Notes: generated from the sequence alone by a model not told the origin. 64,000 nt of DNA from Octopus sinensis (GCF_006345805.1 NC_042999.1:620001-684000), one strand, 5' to 3'. Positions 12,650 through 24,834 are shown, numbered from the stretch's first letter. Program-made: numbers and translations.

Positions 12650-13064
12650 ACATATATATAAATAAAAGCAATAATAAATCTGTGAGCGAGATATAAACAG
12701 TAGCAGCACATGTACTTCACGATATATATATATATATATATGTGTGTGTGGGGGGGGTGTCTGCATATACAAAAATACGCACAGATAAACACACACAGAT
12801 ATATATATATATATATGTATACAAAAATATATGTGGCTCTCTCTTTCTCTCACACTATCTATCTAACTCTCTCTCTCTCTCTCTCTCTCTCTTCCTGTAT
12901 ATATATATATATATATATAGACATACATATGTATGGCCGTATGTGTTTATCAATGTGTCGATCTGTCTATCTAATCTAACTATCCCTTGTCTTTTTGTCT
13001 GTCTGTATGTCTGTATGTATTTACGTATCTATCTATATATGTATGTATGCATATATATATACAT

Positions 13065-13111
<47 letters not shown>

Positions 13112-13672
13112 TATATATACCTATGAATTTACACTCACACCTACCACACCTACACATACACACACACATCTATCTATATATATATATATAAATATCCATG
13201 CAGCCACACATATATAAGGTGTATATGTGTATACAGTTATTTAATCTCTGATTTTTAAAAAAATTGCTTTTTATTCCTTTTATCGAACAACTAGTTTCAT
13301 GAGATTTACCAATGTTGATTAATTCTTATGGAAATTTGATTTTACTGTTTATTTGAAAGGATTGCTTTCGTTTCGTGTATCGGTTATTATTTTACTTGTA
13401 TTCTTTTTCCAATATCATAGAGCCACTTTAATAAACTCTCTCTGCACAATCAGTGCATGAATATTATATTTTTCATGAAATCTTTATAAAATTAGATTTG
13501 GTAGGTGTGTCCGATAGTATGTGTGTTGTATATATGTCTGAATGGTTCGATATAAAGAAATAGAAAAGCGTCCATGGCTGTGTGTCTGTCTATCTGTCTG
13601 TCTGTCTGTATGTATGTATGTATGTAAGTATGTGCATATATTGATAAATAAATGCACATAGATAGACGCACG

Positions 13673-13709
<37 letters not shown>

Positions 13710-13774
13710 TATATATATATATATATATATAAAGGAATTTTGTTAAATCGTCGTTCGACTCCATTCTTTCATTC

Positions 13775-13818
<44 letters not shown>

Positions 13819-14093
13819 TATAATATATATATATATATATGTATATATATTATATATATATATATGTATACATGTCTACATATATATACACACAGATACT
13901 TGTATACATACATAAATAAATAAATGTATATATATACACACACACACACACGTAGATGTGAGAGAGGAAGAGATGATCGTATGCAAACATAATTAGCAAT
14001 TGCCTATTATTTTTTCTATCACATTTTCAGTTCATTCCATTTTTGCTTTTGCACATGTGTCATGCATGAATATACAATTTGTGTGTCCGTATG

Positions 14094-14128
<35 letters not shown>

Positions 14129-14359
14129 TTGTGTGTGCGTTGTATATATATATATATATATTAGCATATAACTGAATATATAGGTATGTATGTATATATA
14201 TATATGTATATAAACATATTTGCCTGTCTGTGTTTCTGCATCTATACACTTATATATACAAAAATATATGTATATATATATATATATACATTATATATAT
14301 ATCATCATCATCATCGTATGTATTTGTATGTATATATATATATATATACACACATATAG

Positions 14360-14405
<46 letters not shown>

Positions 14406-14460
14406 TATCTTTACATACATATGTATTACAAATATATATGTATATATACATACATATTTA
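12650..14460. repeat. Microsatellite field (TA, CA, CT, TCTA, TATG blocks)
   Basis: Directly visible; it explains the I/Y-rich ORFs. Confidence 0.9.
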
Positions 14461-15052
14461 TATATTCATTTTCATAATGTTTCTGTATGTTTGCATGTAT
14501 GTGCGTGTGTAAAACTAAATTCAACCAATAGAAGAAATATAGAATAACAAAATGCTCCGTTCTGTTACACTAGACTGCATTCTATCATATCTATATTTCA
14601 GAATTGATTCTAAATCCCCTCTTAGACTTTGCTTACCACGATATTATTCTCAAAAAAGCATTTTCAAATATTAGCAATATAACCCATATTAGTCGTCGGT
14701 TACCTGCACTTCTGTAATAAGTTCATTTCAGCCATCTTGAAAAGATTGTTCTGGGACTTTTCAGCGTAGTTTGCTGACTACATTAAGTTTTATTTACGGA
14801 AATTAGATATACTTCTTGGATTCTTAATTAGTATAATTTACTTAGAGCCTATAGTCGTTCTTACACTATGCATGCTTGTAAATACAGCAAAATATATTGT
14901 AAATCACAAGTCTCGAAGTATAGAAATTGCCTTTTGTGCTACTGTTTAGGCCACTGGATTATACATTCAGGTCGCGCATTATGTAGTCACACTTCGTAGT
15001 CACACTTTCCAGGTACAATCCTACGGTCAGTTATGACCGAAGGGGATCTCAG

Positions 15053-15091
<39 letters not shown>

Positions 15092-15307
15092 CAGAGAACG
15101 GGGGAGAGAGAGGGGGAAATATATATATATATATATATACACGGAGTATAGTGAAAAAGTATCCACATAATGATAATGCGTGAGCAAAATCCACATGTGT
15201 GTTAGGGGACCGCGTCACTTCCTGATCATGCCCCCAAAATTCCGTGTCTGTAGGTTGTGACGCGTTGAGTACAGACGTGAAGGGGGTGCTGTGCGATTTT
15301 TCTTTTT

Positions 15308-15440
15308 GAGTCAAAGTTACTGTATCAAATTCCTGCCAAAAACTTGGAGATACACAGGCCCAGACTATTGAGAAGATTCAGAAGTCCTTTGGAGATGATG
15401 CTATGGGAAAAACACATATAAAGGACTGGTACAACCGTTC
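15308..15440 (+). pseudogene. Mariner transposase N-terminal (HTH) relic
   Basis: With frameshifts it reads EQSYCIKF..KLGDTQAQTIEKIQKSFGDDAMGKTHIKDWYNRF, like mariner N-termini. Confidence 0.65.
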
Positions 15441-15864
15441 TGACTGCTTTCTGACTGCGTTCACACGTTGGAATTCATATCCATGTCTTTGAGCATGGAT
15501 AGGATTGCTGCTCGAGGGCTTTATTTGTGACAGCTGGATTTGGCTTCTTGTTATAACTCTGGGAATAGTCAGAAATGTTTGTCAGAGAATTTTTACGACT
15601 TTTCCAACCGCAAATTTTGACTTTCTAATTTCTCTGATCGCAATCCGATGGTTACTATGTGACGGACGCTGTTGAGAAAGACACCAACTGCTGTGCTTGC
15701 AGCACGAACGCCGGGTTAGAGACCAAGGTCGAAGATCTTCCCAGGTACACAGTAATAACCGAATGCTTCAGGTTCTGGAGCCGTTTTGGGGCCGCCGTGT
15801 AAGTGATGGCGGCTATCTTGAGTAGACCCTTATCTCTCATCCATAATCTTGTGGATATTCTTGA

Positions 15865-16298
15865 TTTTTAAAAATAGTTTCATCTTTGGATGGGGTATTT
15901 TAAAAAATAGGTACAGTTTTGTATGGGGTATTTTGATAAGAACTTTCATTTTTGGGTGAGGTATTTTTTTTAAATACTTTCATTTTTGGATGGGATATTT
16001 TGAACAACAGTATCATTTTTGGATGGAGTATTTTAAAAAATAGTTTCATTTTTGGATATGGTATTTTTTTAAATAGTTTCATTTTTGGATGGGATGTTTT
16101 AAAAACTAATTTCACTTTTGGATGAGGTATTTAAAAAAATAGCTTCATTTTTGGATGGTGTATTTTTTAAAATAATTTCATTTTTGGATGGGGTATTTTA
16201 AAAAAGAATTTCATTTTTGGATGGGATATTTTTTTAAATAATTTCAGTTTTGGATGGGGTATTTTTAAAAATAGTTTCATTTTTGGATGGGGTATTTT
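15865..16298. repeat. ~35-bp minisatellite (~12 copies)
   Basis: Unit TTTAAAAAATAGTTTCATTTTTGGATGGGGTATT with variants. Confidence 0.9.
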
Positions 16299-16816
16299 TC
16301 TCTTCCTTTCATGTAAACTGTCAAATTTAGGCCGAACACATCGTACAACAATTTAAATGAATGCGTCTTGAAACGTTGAAATAATTTATGCAGCATTTGC
16401 ATAAGAATGACGCGGATTTTATCCCTTCGTGGTTTCCTATGTCCAAACAATATATAAATTGAATGAAAGGACAAAGAGTAGGACAACAAATAGAATATAT
16501 TGTATTTTATAATAAATTCAAGAACGGCAAAATATATTTTCCATTTATGGCGATAAATTAAAACTAATCGACAACAAAACATGACAATTATAAGGTTTCA
16601 AATCTGACATCATGAATATGCAAAAAAAAAAACAAAAACAGTGAAATTGTATGGATTAAGAAAATGAATACAATCTTCAATTGTTTTTATACTCATAAAC
16701 ACACACAAACACACACACAGACATACACACAGTAACACGCGCACACACACACATATAAGTATATGTATATTATGTGTCTGTATACGTACATGTATATTAT
16801 ATATATATATATATAT

Positions 16817-17623
16817 ATACTACAAAATTAGAGAATGGAGAAATATACTTATCAGTAAAACATCAACTATCCGATGATACTCAATCCATACTTTAATACA
16901 CCATTACATATGAGTAAAGGCATACATAAAATGAAATGAGATATACAGTAATAGTAACAAGATAAGAGAATATAAGTAAAAAATTTTCAAATATAATATG
17001 CAAATAATCAAAAACTGACAGCTGTTTCGGCAGTGAGGAGAGTCATACCTCATTTAACCTATAAGCCATAAAGGCAGGTATTTTTATTTTTATTTTTATA
17101 TTTATATGTATATGATTGTATAATATTTTTCACTATTATAACAAATTTAATTTAATTCTCTGAAGAGGCCGTGGGGCATCCTTGTTAATGCCTCATTTAT
17201 ACCTGCCTTTATGGCTTATAGGTTAAATGAGGTATGACTGTCCTCACTGCCGAAACAGCTGTCAGTTTTGATTTATTTGCATTTATATTTGAAATTTTTT
17301 ACTTATATCTCTTTATCTTGTTACTATTACTGTATATCTCATTTCATTTTATGTATTGCCTTTACTCATATGTAATGGTGTATTAAAGTATGGATTGAGT
17401 ATCATCGGATAGTTGATGTTTTACTGATTTAAGTATATTTCTCCATTCTCTAATTTTGTAGTATTAATTTACGGTAATATTATTACCTTTACCCATATAA
17501 TGCAAAAGATGAACTGATTGTTTGACAATTTTTAACATCTATGTATTAATTTTGTTGGGTACCTATCTAGCAGTATATTGGATATATATTATCCCATGGG
17601 GGTTGAATTTTCAACCCCTATCT

Positions 17624-17628
<5 letters not shown>
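16817..17628 (+). mobile_element. Penelope-type non-autonomous element with inverted partial copy (arms 16817-17081 and 17199-17464)
   Basis: ~265-bp near-perfect inverted arms, an HHR motif, and (TA)n on both sides. Confidence 0.7.
17154..17269 (+). ncRNA. Type I hammerhead ribozyme H1 (long branched stem II)
   Basis: CTGAAGA 17160-17166; stem II GGCCGTGGGG/CCTCACTGCC; GAAAC 17252-17256; palindromic ACAGCTGT; GTC cleavage after 17263; stem I weak. Confidence 0.65.
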
Positions 17629-17668
<40 letters not shown>

Positions 17669-17973
17669 CACACATGCATATATATATGTGTTTGTGCGTG
17701 TTTGCGTGTGTATATTTATATGTATATATATATATATATAGTATATTATATATACGAATATAAACAAGAAGGGTAGTAATTTATTTACTACCAGGCGGCC
17801 CCAGCACAAAAGACGAATTAGTCATAAGACAAAATATTATTCATATAGAAAAATATTATTCATGTAGTTATACAATTAAGGGCTCCTAAATAAAGATGCC
17901 GAGTGCTGGGAACACAAAAAGGGGATGAATTTATCGAGAGTGAAAATCAAAAACTTTTACCGATAACTTTAAC

Positions 17974-18049
17974 AACTCGAACCGCGGTTTCTGCTTCTTT
18001 CTAGCAAAACACAGAAATGTTTTGCTAAGGCTGGCTTCATCAGCGAGTC
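17974..18049 (-). ncRNA. Type I hammerhead ribozyme H2
   Basis: Minus strand GACTCG CTGATGA AGC..TAGCAAAACA/TGTTTTGCTA..GCA GAAAC CGCG GTT CGAGTT; 6-bp stem I; palindromic ACCGCGGT. It lies in a ~430-bp element (about 17755-18190) between (TA)n blocks. Confidence 0.7.
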
Positions 18050-18276
18050 GCCTAAATTTAATCGAGGTCTGCAGCGATGTGGGACCATGTGTTGAACCCG
18101 ACTACTAGCAGATCTTAACTTTTCAAATCTCTGCGCAGACGCAAAACCTTACACGGCAGTATCGGGCATGCCGGGAAGAATTTTAGTATATATACATATA
18201 TACTTATATATATGTATATATATAAATACACATACATATATCTTATAAGTGTGTGTATTTGTGTGAGTGCATATAT

Positions 18277-18307
<31 letters not shown>

Positions 18308-18309
18308 CT

Positions 18310-18480
18310 TATATGTTCCAAAAATAAAGAGAGTAGGAACACAAGATGAAGAAGAACAAACATTCTATAAAGTTGACGCACTGGAGAATGGAAGTAGACT
18401 TTAACGTTTCGAGCCGACGCTCTCCCACAGGTGGGAGAAGCGAGGCTTGAAAACAGATGGAGAAGCAAATCTGTCTGAAT
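18310..18480 (-). mobile_element. Repeat family F copy (HHR-like GAGC-N4-GCTC-GAAAC motif)
   Basis: Similar to the copies at 36170-36300 and 45000-45200. Confidence 0.5.
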
Positions 18481-18774
18481 TAACCGGTGCCGGTTTGCTG
18501 AAGTGACTTGATGTGTGGGTAGCAAGAGAGACAACAGTGACTGGTATTTGTGTGTGTGTGTGTATCTGTGTGTGCGCGTGCGTGTGTGTCTATGTGTATG
18601 CGTGTGTATGCGCGCGCATGTGTGTATGAATGAAGCCAATGTGTGCGTGTGTGTCGGTGTCCGTGTGTGTGTACGTGTGTGTGTGTGCATGTGTGTGTAA
18701 GTCTTAGCAAGCACGTCTGTGTGTATGTAACTAATGTGTGTATGCCTGTGTGAGACCATTTGATGGTTGTGTAT

Positions 18775-18945
18775 GCGTGTGCAAATGCTTCTTTCAGTTT
18801 CCAGCTATCAAATCTATTCACAAGGATTTGGCAGGGCCAAGGCTACAGTAGAAGACACTTGCTCAAGATGCCATGCAGTGAGACTGAACCCGGGACAATG
18901 TGGTTGGGATGCAAACTTCTTACAACACTGCCACGTCTGCTTTGG
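18775..18945 (-). mobile_element. SINE family A, 5' half
   Basis: Diverged head and CTTGAGCAAGTGTCTTC body. Confidence 0.75.
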
Positions 18946-19364
18946 TAACCTTGATAACACTCCCTCCATAATCTTGCTTGTATTAGCTGTGAATGCATTA
19001 CTCATTCGAAAGCCATTTGTTGTCCACCACAGCTACGTATCGGGAAACCTCTCGAGCTGCGTATACGCATATAGATCCAACAGCACTAGCAGTCCGTTTT
19101 TGAACTTTAAAGACAAACGTTTGGTAATCTGCTACAGAGCCAAAAATCCATTTAGGCTGAATGCACGTAAGAGGAGAACTGCTATCATTGGGATTCTTTA
19201 CCACCAAAATTTGGAAACGAAATTATAGGTAGGTGGTCGTCTGAGAGCCATGGGAGAAACGGTTTAAAATCAGTTACAGATATAGGGCTGCGAACAGGAA
19301 TCCGGTACGCTCGAATCTATGGCAACGACCGCCACGTTTACATCTATCTATCTATCTGTATATA

Positions 19365-19407
<43 letters not shown>

Positions 19408-19439
19408 ATATATATATATATATAAGTATATATATACAT

Positions 19440-19920
<481 letters not shown>

Positions 19921-20389
19921 AAATATATAGATACATAGACACATACACACATACACGCGTATACACATAAGGATAGATAATACATTAGTTTGTGAACGTA
20001 TGTGTGTGAGTTCACGTATCAGCCTGTCAAACAAACAAAAAAATGAAAATACTAATTGCTAAAACAAACTCTATCAAAACATCTTAATACATATAATTAG
20101 TTATATTGAACTCAACAATGATTCCAATAAGGCATTCATTAAGCATTTTAGACAGCAAATTATCTTATTTGAATTCACTAACATACATTCAATAAGAGAA
20201 AAAAAAAGCTGGAGATAATGGCGCTGGAGAAAGAATCGAATAATTTGAGTTTATACAAACATTGTTCGTCTCAAGAACTCTTCAGCTATGGCTAACAGAT
20301 TTGTACAACTTGCTGTCTAACCATTGTCAGTATTGTGTAATTAATTGCAATTCTTTAGCAGAAATCTCGAGTTTCCTCTGCACCAATTT

Positions 20390-20537
20390 TACTTGTTTCG
20401 GTCATTCGACTGCGACCATGCTGGAGTACCACCTTAATGAATTTTTGTTGAAGGAATCGAACCCAGTATTTATTCTTTGTAAGCCTATATTTTATAGGGC
20501 TCCTTTGTTGAACCGATAAGTTACGGGGACGTAAACA
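20390..20537 (-). mobile_element. SINE family A, 3' part
   Basis: Tail and body motifs, diverged. Confidence 0.7.
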
Positions 20538-20689
20538 TAACAGCCCGAGCGTGGTTACAGGTCTAATGACTGAAGCAAGTGAAAGATAATAGACCCATAA
20601 CATTTCTATAGGCTTGCCACATTTGGACTGACTTGGTGCTAAACAAACAACAATAACAGCAACATATAATGCATTTGTAAGTGAAGTAC

Positions 20690-20936
20690 TAACTCGATTT
20701 ATAGTACTTATAGGGCCAGTTACCCTGATTCCTTGTCGCATAAGTGGCAAAGATCACAATATGGTTTCTGAATGGGACGCCAGTGTGTCTCAGAATTACC
20801 CATTTACAGCTGACTGGACTGGGGCAATGGGAAATGAAGTGCTTCACTATGACCACAACGCAGCACCTGGTCAAGGAGTCGAGACTACAATCTTGAAGTC
20901 GTAAATACAACACTCAAACCACTGAAGAAACGGCCT
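20690..20936 (-). mobile_element. SINE family D (CORE-like domain plus D tail), old
   Basis: CCAGTCCAGTCAGCTGTAAATGGGTA and ACTGGCGTCCC motifs, similar to the copy at 46423-46638. Confidence 0.55.
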
Positions 20937-21349
20937 TAACATAATGCATTTCTTAGTCATCAAAAATAGATTAATATTCTCAAACAGTCTCTGAAAGGGC
21001 AGCACAGATATAAGATCCATTCATACACTGTTCAGAATAAAATACCCCTTTATATTATTTATTGAATCCACGCCATACATAAAATGACCGAACTCAAATT
21101 GCCTGATATATTAATATTTCATCTCTGACAACAGACCATCAATCAGTTTCTATTAAGTTATTTAACTCATAGCCAGATTTCTCATAAAATTATTGGTTAA
21201 TGAAAGCTCAAAAGAATACTGGATCTTTTTACTAACATAGAGGAAAATATCTCCATTAATGTTGAATTACTTGAAGTAATCCCTCTCTATCTCGAGGACT
21301 GCTAATCTGGTATTGTTGTTCATCAAAATTTCTTACGTAAGGAGGAGAC

Positions 21350-21441
<92 letters not shown>

Positions 21442-21443
21442 GA

Positions 21444-21475
<32 letters not shown>

Positions 21476-21504
21476 ATATATATATTTATACATATATATA
21501 TATT

Positions 21505-21538
<34 letters not shown>

Positions 21539-21733
21539 ATATATATACTAAGCAATAAGGGTTTAGCAACGAGTTGCCTTACCACATACCGAATTTAGAA
21601 ATAGCAGTCAAAGGGTTATAGCTATTTCTTCTACTAAAAAGGGAGATCTCAGTAAAAACAGCATTTGGAAGGCAGACACAAACAGGTAAGAGAGAATGAA
21701 TTGACTGCAATCTATCATACATTTTTTTAGTTA

Positions 21734-21847
21734 TCCACGGACGTACGTTTCGAAATCAAGTTTTAAGGAAAGCATAAGAACTAAATATTAAATATTAAAT
21801 AATAAATAATTCTATCTTACCGAAACTTCTTTTCTCTTCAGCGTAGA
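21734..21847 (-). ncRNA. Type I hammerhead ribozyme H3, copy 1
   Basis: Minus strand TCTACG CTGAAGA G..(83-nt stem II closed by GAAA/TTTC and AAGTTT/AAACTT)..C GAAAC GTAC GTC CGTGGA; palindromic ACGTACGT; cleavage between 21740 and 21739. Confidence 0.75.
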
Positions 21848-22337
21848 ATACTATAATCATAAATGATTATATATTGAATTTTGAGATACCAGAAGGCACC
21901 AACTCCACTCAGTATCAGAGCGAGCTAGAATCCGCAACTGGTATCACCGAATTCAATTTGTGAATGAAACGATTGTGTCAACAGCCCCTTCCCACCCGCG
22001 TGTAGCCAAAACAAGATGCTGTGGTCATCTACTGAGATAAAATATGGTTATCCGTAATAATGAAGGGTGAAATTAATTAATTTGGAAAATTATCAATTAC
22101 ACCAGTAGTCTTCGGCATGTAAAAGCCTCATTCGAGGAAATTTAAGTAATACTAAGCAATAAGGGTTTAGCAACGAGTTGCCTTACCACATACCGAATTT
22201 AGAAATAGCAGTCAAAGGGTTATAGCTATTTCTTCTACTAAAAAGGGAGATCTCAGTAAAAACAGCATTTGGAAGGCAGACACAAACAGGTAAGAGAGAA
22301 TGAATTGACTGCAATCTATCATACATTTTTTTAGTTA

Positions 22338-22457
22338 TCCACGGACGTACGTTTCGAAATCAAGTTTTAAGGAAAGCATAAGAACTAAATATTAAATATT
22401 AAATAATAAATAATTCTATCTTAATCTTACCGAAACTTCTTTTCTCTTCAGCGTAGA
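22338..22457 (-). ncRNA. Type I hammerhead ribozyme H3, copy 2
   Basis: Same motif as copy 1, with a 5-nt insertion confined to distal stem II; cleavage between 22344 and 22343. Confidence 0.75.
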
Positions 22458-22721
22458 ATACTATAATCATAAATGATTATATATTGAATTTTGAGATACC
22501 AGAAGGCACCAACTCCACTCAGTATCAGAGCGAGCTAGAATCCGCAACTGGTATCACCGAATTCAATTTGTGAATGAACGATTGTGTCAACAGCCCCTTC
22601 CCACCCGCGTGTAGCCAAAACAAGATGCTGTGGTCATCTACTGAGATAAAATATGGTTATCCGTAATAATGAAGGGTGAAATTAATTAATTTGGAAAATT
22701 ATCAATTACACCAGTAGTCTT

Positions 22722-22763
<42 letters not shown>

Positions 22764-22814
22764 ATTGGTGAATTGAAGAAATGGAGCTGAACGCAGATTG
22801 AACAGAAATCGTTT

Positions 22815-22907
22815 TATTTCATTCTACACGTGTTTCGAAAGGCACAAATACCAAAATCCGGTTGAATAATGGGACCATATTGTGTCTTTCTCTTCAGGAA
22901 GAAAATA
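22815..22907 (-). ncRNA. Type I hammerhead ribozyme H4, left-arm copy
   Basis: Mirror of 24533-24626; cleavage between 22825 and 22824. Confidence 0.75.
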
Positions 22908-23493
22908 GGAAATCCGTTGGAAAAACAAAAACAGAACAGAGGCGGAGCAAAAACAAATCGAACTATGCTCCTAAGAGCCCATGGCGAAACTGTTTATCAG
23001 TGTATGTTGAGAACCGGTGGCTGAAGAATTTAACGGGTCAGGCATCGGTCAACCATGTGGGTGAGGGTGTGTGGGTGTTCTTTGTGACCGAGAATAAAGT
23101 TCTGACTATTTAAGGAATATTGGATGTTTTATAAGGGGCGAGAAAAAATCTACTTAGAGACGTGTGTGTGTGTATACTGTTCTATATATGTGTGTGTTGG
23201 CGTAGGGGTAGAAAACATTTTTTGTGTACGTGTGTGCGTTTGATCGTTCGGCTGTCAGTGGCTACTGCCGCGAGAACCGTTGGGTGGCAGAAAAAAATAT
23301 ATATATATTATGTTTTATGTGTGTGTGTGTTCATCTAAGCCTGCCTTGTCAAGGAAGCCCCCCGCTGTGAAAAAACCAAGCCCCGTTTGTCTTACAGGAG
23401 TAATTCCCCTTGCAGTGGTTAATCGTAGATATCTTAAAGGCTATTTCAGAATTTGTTACCAAGGGCTATGGGTGCCGGTATTATTTATAAACG

Positions 23494-23929
23494 CTATTTA
23501 AAAGCCAGATAAGTGTAACGCCGCCAATGGGGGCATCGAAAAGCCGACTGTAAAAGCCCGTTTACCATCCGGCCTCTGGCAAACAAAATATGGAAGAGTT
23601 CGGAGACACAAAGGTTGCACTGCCTTCTGCCCCTATCAAATGGGAGGGCCACCGACAAAATTGACCATTCCAGCCTGTAGCTTAAGTTCGTATCCTTCAG
23701 TCGCCATATTAGCTTACTGAGTCCCGTGGTCTGGCGCTTGTTCATGTCCCGAAAAGTTGCGTAATGGTTGGAGACACGCAAAGACAATCTTGAGGATGAG
23801 GCCCCTACATAAGTGAAGACATCTGAGTCCATGTAAACCTTGCATTGGTAGACGGCGTTTTTGATCTTGGAGTTCGCCGACGGGAATCTTATTCTGCTAG
23901 GATTAGTTTCTGAAATTAGAACTGCGTTC
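23494..23929 (-). pseudogene. GIY-YIG endonuclease domain of a Penelope-like element (5'-truncated)
   Basis: NAVYQCKV..TYVGAS..RVSNHYATF..LSKLIWRLK..EWSIL..CNLC..E..CPH. The first ~18 codons of the tracked ORF (23930-23985) are antisense 3' UTR from the inverted arm. Confidence 0.85.
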
Positions 23930-24532
23930 CTGGCTTTTAAATAGCGTTTATAAATAATACCGGCACCCATAGCCCTTGGTAACAAATTCTGAAATTGCCT
24001 TTAATATATCTACGATTAACCACTGCAAGGGGAATTACTCCTGTAAGACAAACGGGGCTTGGTTTTTTTCACAGCGGGGGGCTTCCTTGACAAGGCAGGC
24101 TTAGATGAACACACACACACATAAAACATAATATATATTTTTTTTTTCTGCCACCCAACGGTTCTCGCGGCAGTAGCCACTGACAGCCGAACGATCAAAC
24201 GCACACACGTACACAAAAAATGTTTTCTACCCCTACGCCAACACACACATATATAGAACAGTATACACACACACACACGTCTCTAAGTAGATTTTTTCTC
24301 GCCCCTTATAAAACATCCAATATTCCTTAAATAGTCAGAACTTTATTCTCGGTCACAAAGAACACCCACACACCCTCACCCACATGGTTGACCGATGCCT
24401 GACCCGTTAAATTCTTCAGCCACCGGTTCTCAACATACACTGATAAACAGTTTCGCCATGGGCTCTTAGGAGCATAGTTCGATTTGTTTTTGCTCCGCCT
24501 CTGTTCTGTTTTTGTTTTTCCAACAGATTTCC

Positions 24533-24626
24533 TATTTTCTTCCTGAAGAGAAAGACACAATATGGTTCCATTATTCAATCGGATTTTGGTAATTTGTGCC
24601 TTTCGAAACACGTGTAGAATGAAATA
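24533..24626 (+). ncRNA. Type I hammerhead ribozyme H4, right-arm copy
   Basis: Stem I TATTTTCTTC/GAATGAAATA; CTGAAGA 24543-24549; stem II GAAAGACACAA/TTGTGCCTTTC; GAAAC; palindromic ACACGTGT; GTA cleavage after 24616. Confidence 0.8.
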
Positions 24627-24834
24627 AAACGATTTCTGTTCAATCTGCGTTCAGCTCCATTTCTTCAATTCACCAATAATGTTTTAATTTCAATTATCCG
24701 CACCAACGCACGGTTGCAACACCATATGGTTGTACCTCCAACCGTGCTGTTTACTGCTGTGATTTTTGCTACTAAGGTATCGGTTAAACTTTTGATTAAT
24801 CTACTACAAGATTATTCATCTTTCTATTTCACAT

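Larger units (their letters stand above)
21547..22727 (-). repeat. Head-to-tail tandem dimer of a 604-bp HHR-containing unit
   Basis: Units start at 21547 and 22151; near-identical (one 5-bp and one 1-bp indel seen); (TA)n on both sides. Confidence 0.9.
22755..24686 (-). mobile_element. 5'-truncated Penelope-like element with inverted pseudo-LTR arms (22755-23508 and 23930-24686)
   Basis: ~755-bp arms, nearly identical in reverse complement, enclose a GIY-YIG fragment; each arm has an HHR. Confidence 0.85.

Noticed and set aside
12607-14547. Many I/Y/C/V-rich ORFs here and in other microsatellite fields
   Set aside because: They are translations of TA, TG and TCTA repeats with no stop in frame; there is no coding signal.
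18767-19228. 153-aa ORF
   Set aside because: It begins inside a SINE-A half and the rest has no recognisable motif.
22105-22145. Second HHR-like motif at the dimer junction (CGAATGAGGC..GCCGAAGAC, minus strand)
   Set aside because: Both core halves deviate and no stem III or NUH site can be drawn; at most a relic.
22862-24611. Identical 83-94 aa ORFs on opposite strands
   Set aside because: They arise from the inverted arms and are antisense to the PLE 3' UTR.
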